Shown piece after piece: positions 41,984-64,000 of a DNA stretch of 64,000 bases. Numbering within the stretch: the first letter of the stretch is position 1; each line of letters opens with the position of its first letter. This DNA is from the human T2T-CHM13v2.0 reference genome, Homo sapiens. The stretch is taken from NCBI RefSeq assembly GCF_009914755.1, contig NC_060942.1; one strand, written 5' to 3'. Below the pieces are notes generated by a model that did no database searches, was not told where the DNA came from, and was given only the letters and a program-made list of their open reading frames with translations. Both the position numbers and the translations under genes were made by a program.

Positions 41984-42539
41984 CTTACCAAACATTTAAA
42001 GATGAACAAATAACAATCCTACTCAAACTATTTCAAAGAATAGAGGAGGAGAGAATGTTTCCAAACTCATTCTACAAGGCCAGTATTACCTTGATACCAA
42101 AACCAGATGAAGACACATTTTAAAAGACAAATAAACAAAAAAGCTATAAGCCAATATTCACGAGGAGCACACATGCAAAAACCCTCAACAAGATGCTAGC
42201 AAACCAAATTCCACAATACATTAAAAAGTTCATTCATCATGACAAATACCATTTGCTGAAATATCATTGTTTTAGCAAAAAACTAATTTAAATATGTTAA
42301 AATGCCAAAATAAAATATAAAATTTACAAAAAGGCATAATCTACAAAAAGGCATTGAGTCCCACCAAGAACATACAAAAATTAAAAATAAATTAATGGGC
42401 AAGATATAAGAAGAAAATGCACATTAAGAAAAAGCCTCAGAGTCAGATACATTTAATATCATTTATAATACAAATTTTAATCCACCCAGAAGATACAGGA
42501 GTCAAAATCTTACACACCAAAAAACACTGCATTAAAAAT

Positions 42540-44520
<1,981 letters not shown>

Positions 44521-44560
44521 AAATATAGACAGCAAAAGCTGTTAGAAATACAAGGGAGGC

Positions 44561-44907
<347 letters not shown>

Positions 44908-45821
44908 TTAAAACACATTTTAAAATTTGACAGAACAAAGGGACAAAGAATAAATGCAATCTTAGAAAACTGATGGATTACATTAGAAAACGGATCAACT
45001 TTTCACCCAAAAAGATGTTTCATACAAAAATCGACAATTTTCAAATGCCCATGTAACAGTGAAATGCAAAAATCATTTATAAACTAAGCCAGAAAAAAAA
45101 TCATTAAAAGTAGAAATCCCAAAGTAGAAATCTTTTAATAGTTCCTGATCACAATAAGAAATTATTAATTACAAAAAAAATTGTTTCCTACCTCTGTCCA
45201 TTAAAATCACCTACAAACATTGACCAACCCAACAGTAGTGAGCACCCATAGAATTCAGGTTATAGACCCCGAATGTCATATGCTACAAAAGGAACCGGAG
45301 TTCCTAGGCAAATGGGTGATTTCAGGTCTGGGACAAAAAATAATTCTGGAAAATCTATGCATATCAAAAAGCAAGGATGTGATCTAAAACTACTAGGGTA
45401 GTGTCTAAACTTAAAGAATTCCTACTAAACTTCATGTGAGCATCATTAAGAATAATGCAAAGGGCTAACATATATTAAATATATTAAAATTCATGAGTTC
45501 ACAAATATATTTTAAAAATTCACTAATCATCTTTGGAGGATGCCTGGGAAATAACTCACTGTTCCAAAAACTGACAAAGAATTAAGTATTTAACCTGACT
45601 TTCTTTTATAAGCTGTACCTCAAAGTAACTACTATATAATTGATGAGGAAATGTTCATCTCTAGGGTAGTATTCCAATTAACAAATGAAGGAAGATGGAT
45701 AAAAATAGATGATCACCACTGCAAATTCCTAAAGAAACAAAGGACCTAGGCAATGATCATCAATGGCTACTAACACCACAAAAAGATACAGCCAGACTTT
45801 ATGTTTTTTCATTCGTTTGTT

Positions 45822-46145
<324 letters not shown>

Positions 46146-46790
46146 TAAATACTACTTACAAGTATTCTTGACAAAGTCCTACCGAAGTAGATCACATCTC
46201 TAGATCTAACGTCTAGTTTAAAGTACTACGGCGGACAGAGCAACATGCTAAATGATACCAGCAGATGAAATCAGTAAAATTCTGAACAGGAGCCACTCAC
46301 AGGACGAAAAAAACATGGTTTCTTTAACCGAAAACAACAGCAAAAAGAGATTACAAAGAACACAAAAGGGAGGAGGAAAATACAGATTAAAATAAACTTA
46401 AGGGACGTATTAATGAAATGCAATGTCCAAACTTTGGATCCAAATTCAAGCAAAATAAATGCAATAAGAACAAATTATGAGACTACTAGAGGAACTTAAG
46501 CACTAATTAGATATTTTATAATATTATATAACTGTCACCTATTTTCTACCTTTGATAATGGCATTGTAGTTATGTTTGTCTTTTTAAAAAAGAGTCCCTA
46601 TCTTTAAGATAATGAAATATTTACAAATTAGGATGTATTTACAAAAGGACAATGTGGTGCCTGATATGAGCTTCAAAATAATTCAGTGTCAGAGGATTGG
46701 GAAGGGGAGGTGGAGGTACAAAATGAAACACGACTGGCTACCAAATGAAGGTTTTTGAAGCTTAATGAGTACACAAGAGGTCACTATAGT

Positions 46791-46977
46791 ACAGGTTAGG
46801 CATCCTTAATTGGAAAATCCAAAAATCCAAAATGCTCCAAATTCTGAAACTTTTTGAGCACTGACATGACATTCAAGGATTTCAGATTTGGGATACTCAA
46901 CTGGTAAGTATACATAATGCAAATATTCTCACAAACCACCCAAAATCCAAAATCTGAAGCACTTCTGGTTCCAAGCA
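46791..46977 (+). mobile_element. Tigger4/MER46-like DNA transposon fragment
   Basis: caggttaggcatccttaat...aaaatccaaaatgctccaa...acttctggttccaagca. Confidence 0.8.
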
Positions 46978-48669
46978 AACAATTAAAAAAAACAGAAAAA
47001 GACTTTTAAAAATGGTTAATTTAAAAAAATTGATTTTTGCCTTTCAATCTGAAGAATCAGAGATAAACTTACTAGATGAAAGCTTATCAATTCAGTTAAA
47101 ATTTCAATCCTCCATAACATTTTGATCACTTTCATTAAGCCTCTATAGCCTGAACTTTTGGAAACTTTCCCTATAATCAATTGCAGCCTTACTGTTGCAC
47201 TAGTCCAGGTACTGGCAAACATCAGGGCTGCAGCCTGTTTCTGTACAGATGTCAAGCTAAGAATGGTTTTTATACTTTAAAAGGTTATAAAAAGTAAAAA
47301 ATAAAAAAGACTATGCAACAGAGATCATATATGGAGGACATTCAATTAATGAATAACAATCAAGACTCTGCCAGAAGCCCACCATCCCAAACTAAATTTA
47401 TACTTGAGAGACCTGAAAGTTCTTAAAGACCAGAAAAGACTAATATAAGCATTGTGATTTTTTTAAAAACCCACAATGCACTTTTATATGTATGTTGAAA
47501 CTCACATAAGTTGTGTGCATTATTTTAGTGTATGTGAGCTTTTATTCACGTTTAAGTTCCAAATTAAACTCTGAAAAAGAATAAACTAACAATAAATCAT
47601 GCTATAAATTTTCCTTAACTTTTACTGATATCTAAAAAATAGATTCAGTTAAAAACCACTGTTGATAGTACATGGATGATCTCTGCCTCTGAAGCAAGGA
47701 GCTTAAAGCTCAGTCAAACACAGATCACAAACTTATAAGAATTTTAGAATTGGAAGGATTTATAGAGGTAACCTATTCTTATCTCCTTGGTTTACAGATA
47801 AAGAAGGGAGATGAAGAGACTTTCAAACAGCTAATAAGCTGTATAAAAAGGCCTAGGAAAACAATTTAAGGAAGTCTGTGACTTTCCTATTACATATAAA
47901 GTGGTTACTTTCTTAGTTATAATCAGATCTATTTTAAGCCTGGTCCCTGAGAAATATGATTGCACAACACTCCTCAGCTAAGAACCAACAGGAGATTGTA
48001 TTTTCTGTTTCCTTAGTCACAAAAACTGACCCTGACCTCTCTCCACTGAATTATAGCTAATCATCAAGCCCCAAGGGACCTGAAACTATGTTCCCATCTC
48101 TAACTAAGGTTAAAAAGAACTCCTCCCTCCAATTTTTTCCTGAGACATCTGGCAACTTCTATGCATATTTGTTTTGATTAGGTAGTATGGATGCTGCTGC
48201 TAACAGGAATAGAAAATAGAAAAATATGTGAGTAGGTAAAGCCAGGAATCTTTTTGAAAACAAACTGAATTTTATTACTATTTAAAAACTGTTCATTTAT
48301 TCACTTAGTTATACTCAATCTTCTGCCTCTTAGATTCACAAAGACTGTCAATATCTCCAGTTCAAACATTCCCAAGTATCTAACTTTTAATGTGTAATGG
48401 GATTTTATTTCTGCAACTGACTTTCTATTACTACCAACGATGCATGAGGAATTCCTAGGTTTTAATAGTGATAATCCTCTTTGCCTGGATTAGTCTCACT
48501 TTGAGTAAAACCTTTATGAATTAGGCAAGTTTTTAAATGAAGTTTTTGGTTAATTTGTCTGTAAAACTGAAAAATATCCACATTACATACCCTGCAGGAG
48601 TACCTGTGAGGGTGAAGAAATTACAATGTGATACAAATGTGGGCATTATTCTAAAAGAGAAAGAATGCT

Positions 48670-48958
48670 GGCCTGGTGTGGTGTCTCACACCCATAATGC
48701 CAGCACTTTGGGAGGTCGAGGTGGGCGGATCGCTTGAGCTCAGGAGTTTGAGACCAGCCTGGGCAAAATGGTGAAACCCCGTCTCTACAAAAAATGCAAA
48801 AATTAGCTGGGCATGGTGGCATGCACCTGTAGTCCCAGCTACTCAGGAGGTTGAGGTGGGAGAATTGCTTGACCTCAGGAGTTCAAGGCTGCAGTGAGCT
48901 GTGATCATGCCGCTGCACTCCAGCCTGTGCAACAGAGCAAGTTCCTATCTCAAAAAAA
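48670..48958 (+). mobile_element. Alu (J-type)
   Basis: Full dimer. Confidence 0.94.
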
Positions 48959-49049
48959 CGTAAACAATAAAAAAGAATGCAACCATTTCTGGTTTCACCA
49001 AAGTCATTTTCTTTATGAGGGTAATATGATCATAAATATATTAACTTAG

Positions 49050-49415
49050 ACTTAAAAATGGTCAAGATGGTAAATTTTATGTTATATATTTTTAACAATT
49101 AAAAATAAAAATTATAAAATATTCCTTCCATTGATAGATGAGTGGATGAACAAAATGTGGTATACACATACCATGGAATATTACTGAGCCCTAAAAAGGA
49201 AGGAAAATCTGACACACACAACATGGATAAACCTTGAAGACATTGTGCTAAGTGAAAAAAGCCAGACGCAAAAGGACAAACACTGTATGATTCCACTTAT
49301 ATGATGATGGTTGCATACATTGTGAACTGCATTTAATCCCACTGAACTGTATATATAAAAATGGTTAAAATGTTATAATAAATTTCATGTTACGTATATT
49401 TTACCACAATAAGAA
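49050..49415 (+). mobile_element. L1MB-like 3' fragments abutting the exon 16 donor
   Basis: gatgagtggatgaacaaaatgtggtat, catggataaaccttgaagacatt, tattttaccacaataa. Confidence 0.8.
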
Positions 49416-49425
49416 AAAATATTAC

Positions 49426-49672
49426 CTTGAAGGTCTCCAATCATCTCAGAATCATGACCTCTGTCTCTTCGTTCAGCTTCTAATATAGCTTGCAGCTGGT
49501 AATAATCTTTGTCTGTTTGTGACTTAGAATTCTCTAAAATTCGATTTCTCTCTTGCAACTCTCTGTTCAGGGACTCTAACTGACTAATTGACTTGCTCAT
49601 CTCTGTGTGACTCTTCCTCAATCTTACAGCTGTGTCCGATTCTGTCCTAAGTAAGTCATTGGCTTCTTCTAG
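49426..49672 (-). CDS. ROCK1: ROCK1 exon 16 (247 nt), LEEANDLLRTESDTAVRLRKSHTEMSK...SEMIGDLQ
   Basis: aaatag|CTA ... CAAG|gtaata; overlaps ORF 49385..49621; preceded by a 101-nt intron. Confidence 0.97.
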
Positions 49673-49773
49673 CTATTTAAAAAGAAAGCAAAAAAATAGG
49701 TTTCTGACCAAAGTACGATATAATTTAATTATCTACAATTTTTTTAAAAAGGAACCTCATTTGAAACACTTAC

Positions 49774-49865
49774 CTGCTTTTGTAACTGGGACAGCTTCTC
49801 ATTAGCAAGCTGTGAATTCTGACTGACTTTCTTTAAGTCTTCCAACTGATCCTTTAATGTAGAAA
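49774..49865 (-). CDS. ROCK1: ROCK1 exon 15 (92 nt), (V)STLKDQLEDLKKVSQNSQLANEKLSQLQKQ
   Basis: ttctag|TT ... CAG|gtaagt. Confidence 0.97.
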
Positions 49866-50740
49866 CTAGAAAATGAAAGAATAATATATAGAAATTACAA
49901 CATTTTCATAGGGGAAACATATAAATCCTTTTTTAAAAAAAGACATTTAGTCTTAGGCCATAATAGTCAGCTACATTAGGTCCACTCCCAAAGCCAAATT
50001 CCAATTTGGAAGTACCTGCATTTTAAATTCATTAAAAAGTAGAACATTATCTTCTAATACAGAGTGCAAAAAGATTTCTTCTTACTGTTGTAAATCTCAA
50101 ACTCCTTTATTCCCTTTATAAGATCACTGATAGTATACTTATAAAGCTAGTTTTAATATTATTTATTTTTCAAGAGTTCAATTGCTTGATAATTCAATAT
50201 CTTAATAAAAATACAAAATTTAAAAGGTACCAAATGGTAGATAGTATAGAATAAGTCCTCCTTTCTCCATTTAGTCATTTTTGCCCCTTCTGAGTCTCCC
50301 TTAACTGGCTCTCCTCCCTAATATATATTTAATTTAAGCATATATAGACAAGTACTCTTGTTTTAAACACAAGCAATCCGTTTCTGTCACTTAAAGATCT
50401 GTCTTAGAGACTGTTTTATAACCGTATTTAAGGAGATGATTTATTATTTTTTATAAGCCACATAGTATTCTACCATATAGATGTACTAAAATTTATTACA
50501 GCATTCATTACCTTTATGTTTCATATATGTATTACATTATGTTTCATATACAGCATTGACTGCATTTTTTTTGTCATTTTAAACAATGCTACAATGAATA
50601 GCCTTGTGTATATATCAGTTTGCAGTAGGAGTATGTACGTGAAATAACTTATGGAAGTGAAATTACTGCATCAATGGGAGTAGAAAGGTATTTTAAATAT
50701 ATTTGTAACACAAGCATTAAAACACAAGAAATTCTGGTTT

Positions 50741-50918
50741 AGAAGTTCTTAGACGCAGCTGCTTGTTAGAAGTACCTAGGGGGCTTGTAAAGAATAATGA
50801 TACTCAGGCCACATATCTAGACCAATTAAATTAGAATCGCTGGGATTTAGGCATCAGTACTCTTTAAAGCTTCCCAGGAGATTCCAGTATGCACACCATG
50901 ATGACAATCACTACTCTA
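50741..50918. mobile_element. MER5-like hAT element
   Basis: agaccaattaaattagaatc...gcatcagtactctttaaagcttcccaggagattcc. Confidence 0.7.
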
Positions 50919-51133
50919 GTTAAATGCTACTTACTATTTACTTTAATATGTAATTTAATATTTAATTTAATTACTATTTAATATGTTATAAATTTAACCT
51001 GAGACCTGGGTTATTTAGCTTATAAAGTGTCTTAGGATTGTAGCTTCATGTATGTATCATGGACACTAAATTAAAGACAACCTCATGACAGTGTTAGAAA
51101 TTCTATCATTTTTCAAAAGTAGTGACAATTTAC

Positions 51134-51269
51134 CTTCATTTTCTACATTTCTTCTCTTCTCATTTTCCTGTTCAGCTTTTCTTTGGTACTCATTAATTCT
51201 ATGCTGTAGCAACATTTTCTCCTTCTCAATCTGAGACACTGTAGATTCTAGATTTCTTCTTTGATTTCC
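51134..51269 (-). CDS. ROCK1: ROCK1 exon 14 (136 nt), GNQRRNLESTVSQIEKEK...RRNVENE
   Basis: ttccag|GGA ... GAAG|gtaaat. Confidence 0.97.
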
Positions 51270-51475
51270 CTGGAATTATAATGATAAAAGTTACCACTGT
51301 GATTAATACTCTGGTCATTCATTCAAGTGAGTATTTTGTTCTTAAAAACAAAAAACAAGAAAAAAAAAAAGACAAACACTTAAGATGAATGTTCTGTTTC
51401 AAACGCAAATAGTATCTCCTAATACAACTTTCTAAGTAGCTTGCCTTTTAAGAAGACAGTGGGAATCTGTCTTCT

Positions 51476-51648
51476 GTAGCTGGGACTACAGGGACGCACC
51501 ACTGCGTCCAGCTAATTTTTCTATTTTTGGTAGAGACGGCTTTTGCCATGTTGGCCAGGCTGGTTTTGAACTCTTGACCTCAGGTGATCCGCCTGCCTCA
51601 GCCTCCCAAAGTACTGGGATAACAGGCATGAGCTACTGTGCCCAGCCT
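51476..51648 (-). mobile_element. Truncated Alu
   Basis: Begins abruptly at gtagctgggactacagg. Confidence 0.88.
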
Positions 51649-51849
51649 AAAATACCCAAATTTTCACAACTTAAAAATGTACCTTTCTGAGTTACCACTA
51701 TCAGTAAATCTTGTTTTTGATGCTTCACTTTTTAAGACTCCACATTAGGAAACCTGTTTTACAGTGTTTCTGGGCTTTCTCATCTTTAAGCAGAAATTGG
51801 ACATAAATCATTCAAGGTCTTTCTGATTCTAAGAGTTTATCATTCTAAC

Positions 51850-57550
<5,701 letters not shown>

Positions 57551-58505
57551 ATTTCATACCTCAAATTTCCCTCTCTACTTCTAATTTGGAAAAATGAATA
57601 ACTTAAATCTAGCACATCTGAATTTTATCTGTGTTTTAAAAGTTAAATATAAGTGGAAGATATGCAAAAAAGGACTCCTTAAACACTCAGAGTCAAATAT
57701 ATACTGCTAAGGTTAAGTACAAAGGCAAGTTAGTAAATGCTCTCTAAATCTTCATAGATATCCAAAGCTACCCATGAAAGCAAGCAAGCCATTGACAGAT
57801 ACCATTCTATAAGGGAAGAAAAAATTAACACAGCATAAAAACTATCAGAGATTAAACCTAAAAAAGGACAAAGTAAGTAATGTATTAGGAGAAGACTACA
57901 GAGAGTGTATTTCTTTTCATGGGACTCATAGACACAGTAGAAATATACTTAGAAGTTGACTAAGAGGAATGGAAATGTATTACATATTTGCAAACAAACA
58001 TCTGAATTATGAATGCTTGTTATTGTTTCTCTGATAATAAAAAATTTTGACAGGTAACCATGGAAAAGATGAACATTCTAAAATCAATATATTTTCCATT
58101 TGATTACATGAGATTATGTCAGTGTTAATCTTTTAAAAATATTTTAAACTGTATTTCTCTCTTTTCCTTATTTGTCTGTCTCTTTCTGACATAGTTTGAG
58201 ATTCAATTTCTGATCGCTTGCTTCTCTGGCTCCTTTCTCACATTTCAACCATCGAGAACCACTGAACTGAAATTTACGTACTAAAATTAATACGGCTGTA
58301 GAAAACAATTGTACAAAGGAAACTAAATTATAATCTAATCTGTACCACTTGAAACTGCAGTTCCAAGGTGAGGCTTTCATCACAATTCTCTGCTCTGTTT
58401 TGTGTTTCAAACTACAGAATTCAAATACAATTTTCTCAGGAAACGAAACAATTTGAAAGAGGGAAAAATCTCAAAAAGGAAACTTGATTAGAAAACAAAA
58501 AGTAC

Positions 58506-58554
58506 CTCTTCATCCAATTCTTTCATTATCTTGTCTAGTTTTATGTTTGAGGTT
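58506..58554 (-). CDS. ROCK1: ROCK1 exon 13 (49 nt), (R)TSNIKLDKIMKELDEE
   Basis: ttacag|A ... GAG|gtactt; phase compatible with neighbours. Confidence 0.97.
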
Positions 58555-58643
58555 CTGTAAAAACAAAAGCAATACAGATTAGAAATATACGTATTTCTTA
58601 TTGCCCAGTGTTAAACACTAACATTCCTTACTTTTCCACTTAA

Positions 58644-59442
<799 letters not shown>

Positions 59443-60261
59443 AAACTCCGTCATGCAATACTTGCCACTACTCAAAAATTAGCCATTTATCCTTTAATAC
59501 AGGATAAAGTAAACAAAGAGAAAGGTAGTATATATCAAATCAGTAAAGGCACCATTTGGCAACACTCAAAGTGTATTATCTTCATTACCATTTGCTTTCT
59601 TTGGTTCAAAATGTAATTCTGAGCTTCAAAACCTATATATGCAACATTTTCACGTGGATGTCTCATTAAATACCTCATTCAGCATCTCCAAAATAGAACT
59701 TACTGCCTCTGTTCCACACTCCCACCCCAATACCAATTTGCTTCTCTTCTAGAGTCCCTAAGTAAATGACAACACCTAGGAATCATCCTTGACTCATCCT
59801 CCCTCACTCCCATTTAGCTGAATAAAGTGCCAAGTGCTGCTAATTAAGCAGGAACTTCTTTTGAAAACAGCAAATTTAATATATATTTTTTACTTATTAG
59901 TTTAATGACTTTTGATGTTTTTCCATTACACTTAAATTCCAAATTTCTTAGCCCCCCCGCAAAAAAAAAGAGAAAAAAAAATTCTCCCCAATCTAGACCT
60001 TGCCATCCTCCCCATTCTCATCTCAGGCTTTTCCTTCCCTCACATCTTACTGGCCAGTCAAGGTCTCTTACCTCACGGCCTTCACAGATACTCACCTCCT
60101 GGACCCTAACACTTCCTTCCACTCTTCTCCTAATAATTTCCATTGACTCTTCTGGTTTAGCTTTCTCTGATCTCTGACAAAACAGTACAGGCATCTCCTG
60201 ATGTATTCCTGATATTCCTGTATAATTTTATTCTCTCCCCAATTAACACATACCACACTTC

Positions 60262-60564
<303 letters not shown>

Positions 60565-60765
60565 TACCACACTTCTTGATAATTACTTACTTGTTTTTCT
60601 TGCTAAATTACAAGCTCCTTGTGGAGAGGGGCCATGTCGTGATTTATTCAGTACTATATTGTTGACAAGCACATTATATGACACTTTAACTGAAATTTTT
60701 ATTGAATAAATGAATGTAACTAAAATGATTTGAATGCAGAGAATTTGATTTAAAGAAATGCAAGT

Positions 60766-61115
<350 letters not shown>

Positions 61116-61300
61116 CTAGCACTAGGTTTTTATTTTAAAAACTATTTACCAATTCAATATATAATTTTTTAAAGTTTCATCTCAATTTTATTTCCTTGAG
61201 GTGATACTTTCATATGATTATTAGCCAATTCAGCCATTCTTATTACTTCCTCAAACTGATCCCTACTCACCATTACTACCAGTTTGTCACTTGTCTTTTA

Positions 61301-61662
<362 letters not shown>

Positions 61663-62210
61663 CTACCCAGTTCTTCCCCTTATTTACATATTTTATACTT
61701 AGAAATTCTTTCCAAATCCTGGGGTCAGTTAATTATTTGCTTATATTCAAATGCCTTTTTAAAAGAAATTTGTATTATACACTTAACCACATAATCTATC
61801 AGGAATGGTTAAAAGTGAGAATTTTATCTGTTTTGTACCAAACCCCCCACCTGCTCTGTCACAAAATTACCAGTGTTCCCAATTTTATTTGTTGAATACT
61901 TTTCGTGTTACCTTTGCATTTCATTTATTCAATACTATTCACTAAAAACATAAATAATTATAAAAAATTATTGCTTATAATTGATAAGTAATTCAGTATT
62001 ATGCTAGGTAATTTAAAATAAACGTGAGCATAACTCAAAGATATTTTTTCTGTGAGTCTAATGACAATAACATGCTGAAATTAGACCCACAGAAAAAGAT
62101 ACTCTGAGTTACTGCTCTGGTGAACCACAGTGGAAATTAGAATGGCCACATCAAAAATTTAGTATATTTTAATCTTCAACATTTTACATTTCAAAAAGCA
62201 CCTGATTTAA

Positions 62211-62485
<275 letters not shown>

Positions 62486-62586
62486 TAATTTGCCCTTTTA
62501 GTTAGCTAATTATGTAAAGAGAAAAAAGCAGTAAGTCAGGCAACTAAATGAATTAGCATTACAGTTTTTTAAGAATACAGACTGTT

Positions 62587-62970
<384 letters not shown>

Positions 62971-63225
62971 TTAAAAAAAAAAAAAAGAATACAGACTGCC
63001 AGGAACAAATGTACTTTAAATATTCTGAGGAAAATACATCTATAACTAAGCCAACATAAATACAACTTCTCAATTCTAGCCGAGACACATCATGAATGTA
63101 TTATCAGTAGTAATCTTTACATCCTCATTTTCTATTTACTTTCAGATGTTTACAGGGTATAAGCTTTCAAGTAAGTATTTGGTATATAAAACTTTTAATA
63201 TGAAAAACTTAAAGTATATTCTCAC

Positions 63226-63314
63226 CTGCACTTCTGCTCCATTTCATCTTTTAACTGCATTTCATTATGCAGCTGTTCTTCCAGCTTATAGATTGTTTTT
63301 TGCAAACTTTCCTG
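63226..63314 (-). CDS. ROCK1: ROCK1 exon 12 (89 nt), QESLQKTIYKLEEQLHNEMQLKDEMEQKC(R)
   Basis: Acceptor ttaaag|CAG, donor AG|gtgaga; translation matches the start of the ROCK1 coiled coil; NAGNAG acceptor makes the start ambiguous by 3 nt. Confidence 0.95.
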
Positions 63315-64000
63315 CTTTAATTTAAAACAAAAACAAAAACTCATTCTACTAAGAATATTTAGACATTTAAAAATATCAAGTCTATGTTAATATTTTAAAC
63401 CTTTTTAGAAAATAATTTAATTTAATCTTACCTCTTTCTATCTCAATTTTTTTATTATTAATTTAACAAGCACTTTCTTAACATTTACTAAACGTTAGGC
63501 CATTAGAAATACAAAAATTAAAAAGATTTGGTTCCTGTTCTCATGAAGCAAATAGTTACATAGTGAGGCAAAGTTAAATTGGAAGAGAAAAAAGAAGCTA
63601 CAATGTCCCAAAGACATATACACAAAATATTACAATAGACTGTGGTAAATAATAAAAAAATTATCTACGGAGTGTTCCAAAGGAGAGAAAAGGTCACTTC
63701 TAACTCTGCCAAGAATATATAATCCTTGAGTTGAGGCCTAAAAGATAAGAAGAACTGATAATCTGATAAAGCAAAGAAGGTGGCACAAGAAAGGCATTTT
63801 AGCTAGAATGAACAATGAGCCCAAAAGTAGAAAGGCAGAAGAAAATATGATATATTTGGGAAATGGAAAGAAATCAAGTACTATAGCAGAGCACAGAATG
63901 TAATAGGAAAAACAACTCACATTAAGCCTAAGAAGGTAATGATCCTTGTATGCACAAACTGGAGTTGGGGACTTTACCCCATAAGCATTTTAAATGAGAA

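Overview
Human or great-ape genomic DNA containing the middle of the ROCK1 (Rho-associated coiled-coil kinase 1) gene on the minus strand. I traced 18 consecutive coding exons by hand (63314 down to 2914, 2240 nt in total). All have AG/GT boundaries and compatible phases. They encode the coiled coil (HR1, Shroom-binding and Rho-binding regions), the caspase-3 site DETD|G and the start of the split PH domain. Exon numbers 12-29 follow my recollection of the reference gene model. The introns are dense in Alu, L1, L2, MIR and DNA-transposon relics, and most ORFs in the supplied track are Alu or L1 artefacts. The most interesting region is the repeat-poor intron 27 (3281-9990), directly after the caspase site. 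It holds several cryptic exon candidates flanked by RBFOX/MBNL/QKI-type motifs. The best is a 49-nt exon (3737-3785) that would replace the autoinhibitory PH/C1 tail with a short hydrophobic peptide. Other oddities are three tandem GTAAGT donors after exon 23, a cluster of local templated duplications (16.7-20.9 kb), an orphan poly(A)-tailed insert inside an Alu target-site duplication (TSD), and a nested palindrome at 26577-26648. Repeat boundaries and subfamily calls were made by eye and are approximate.
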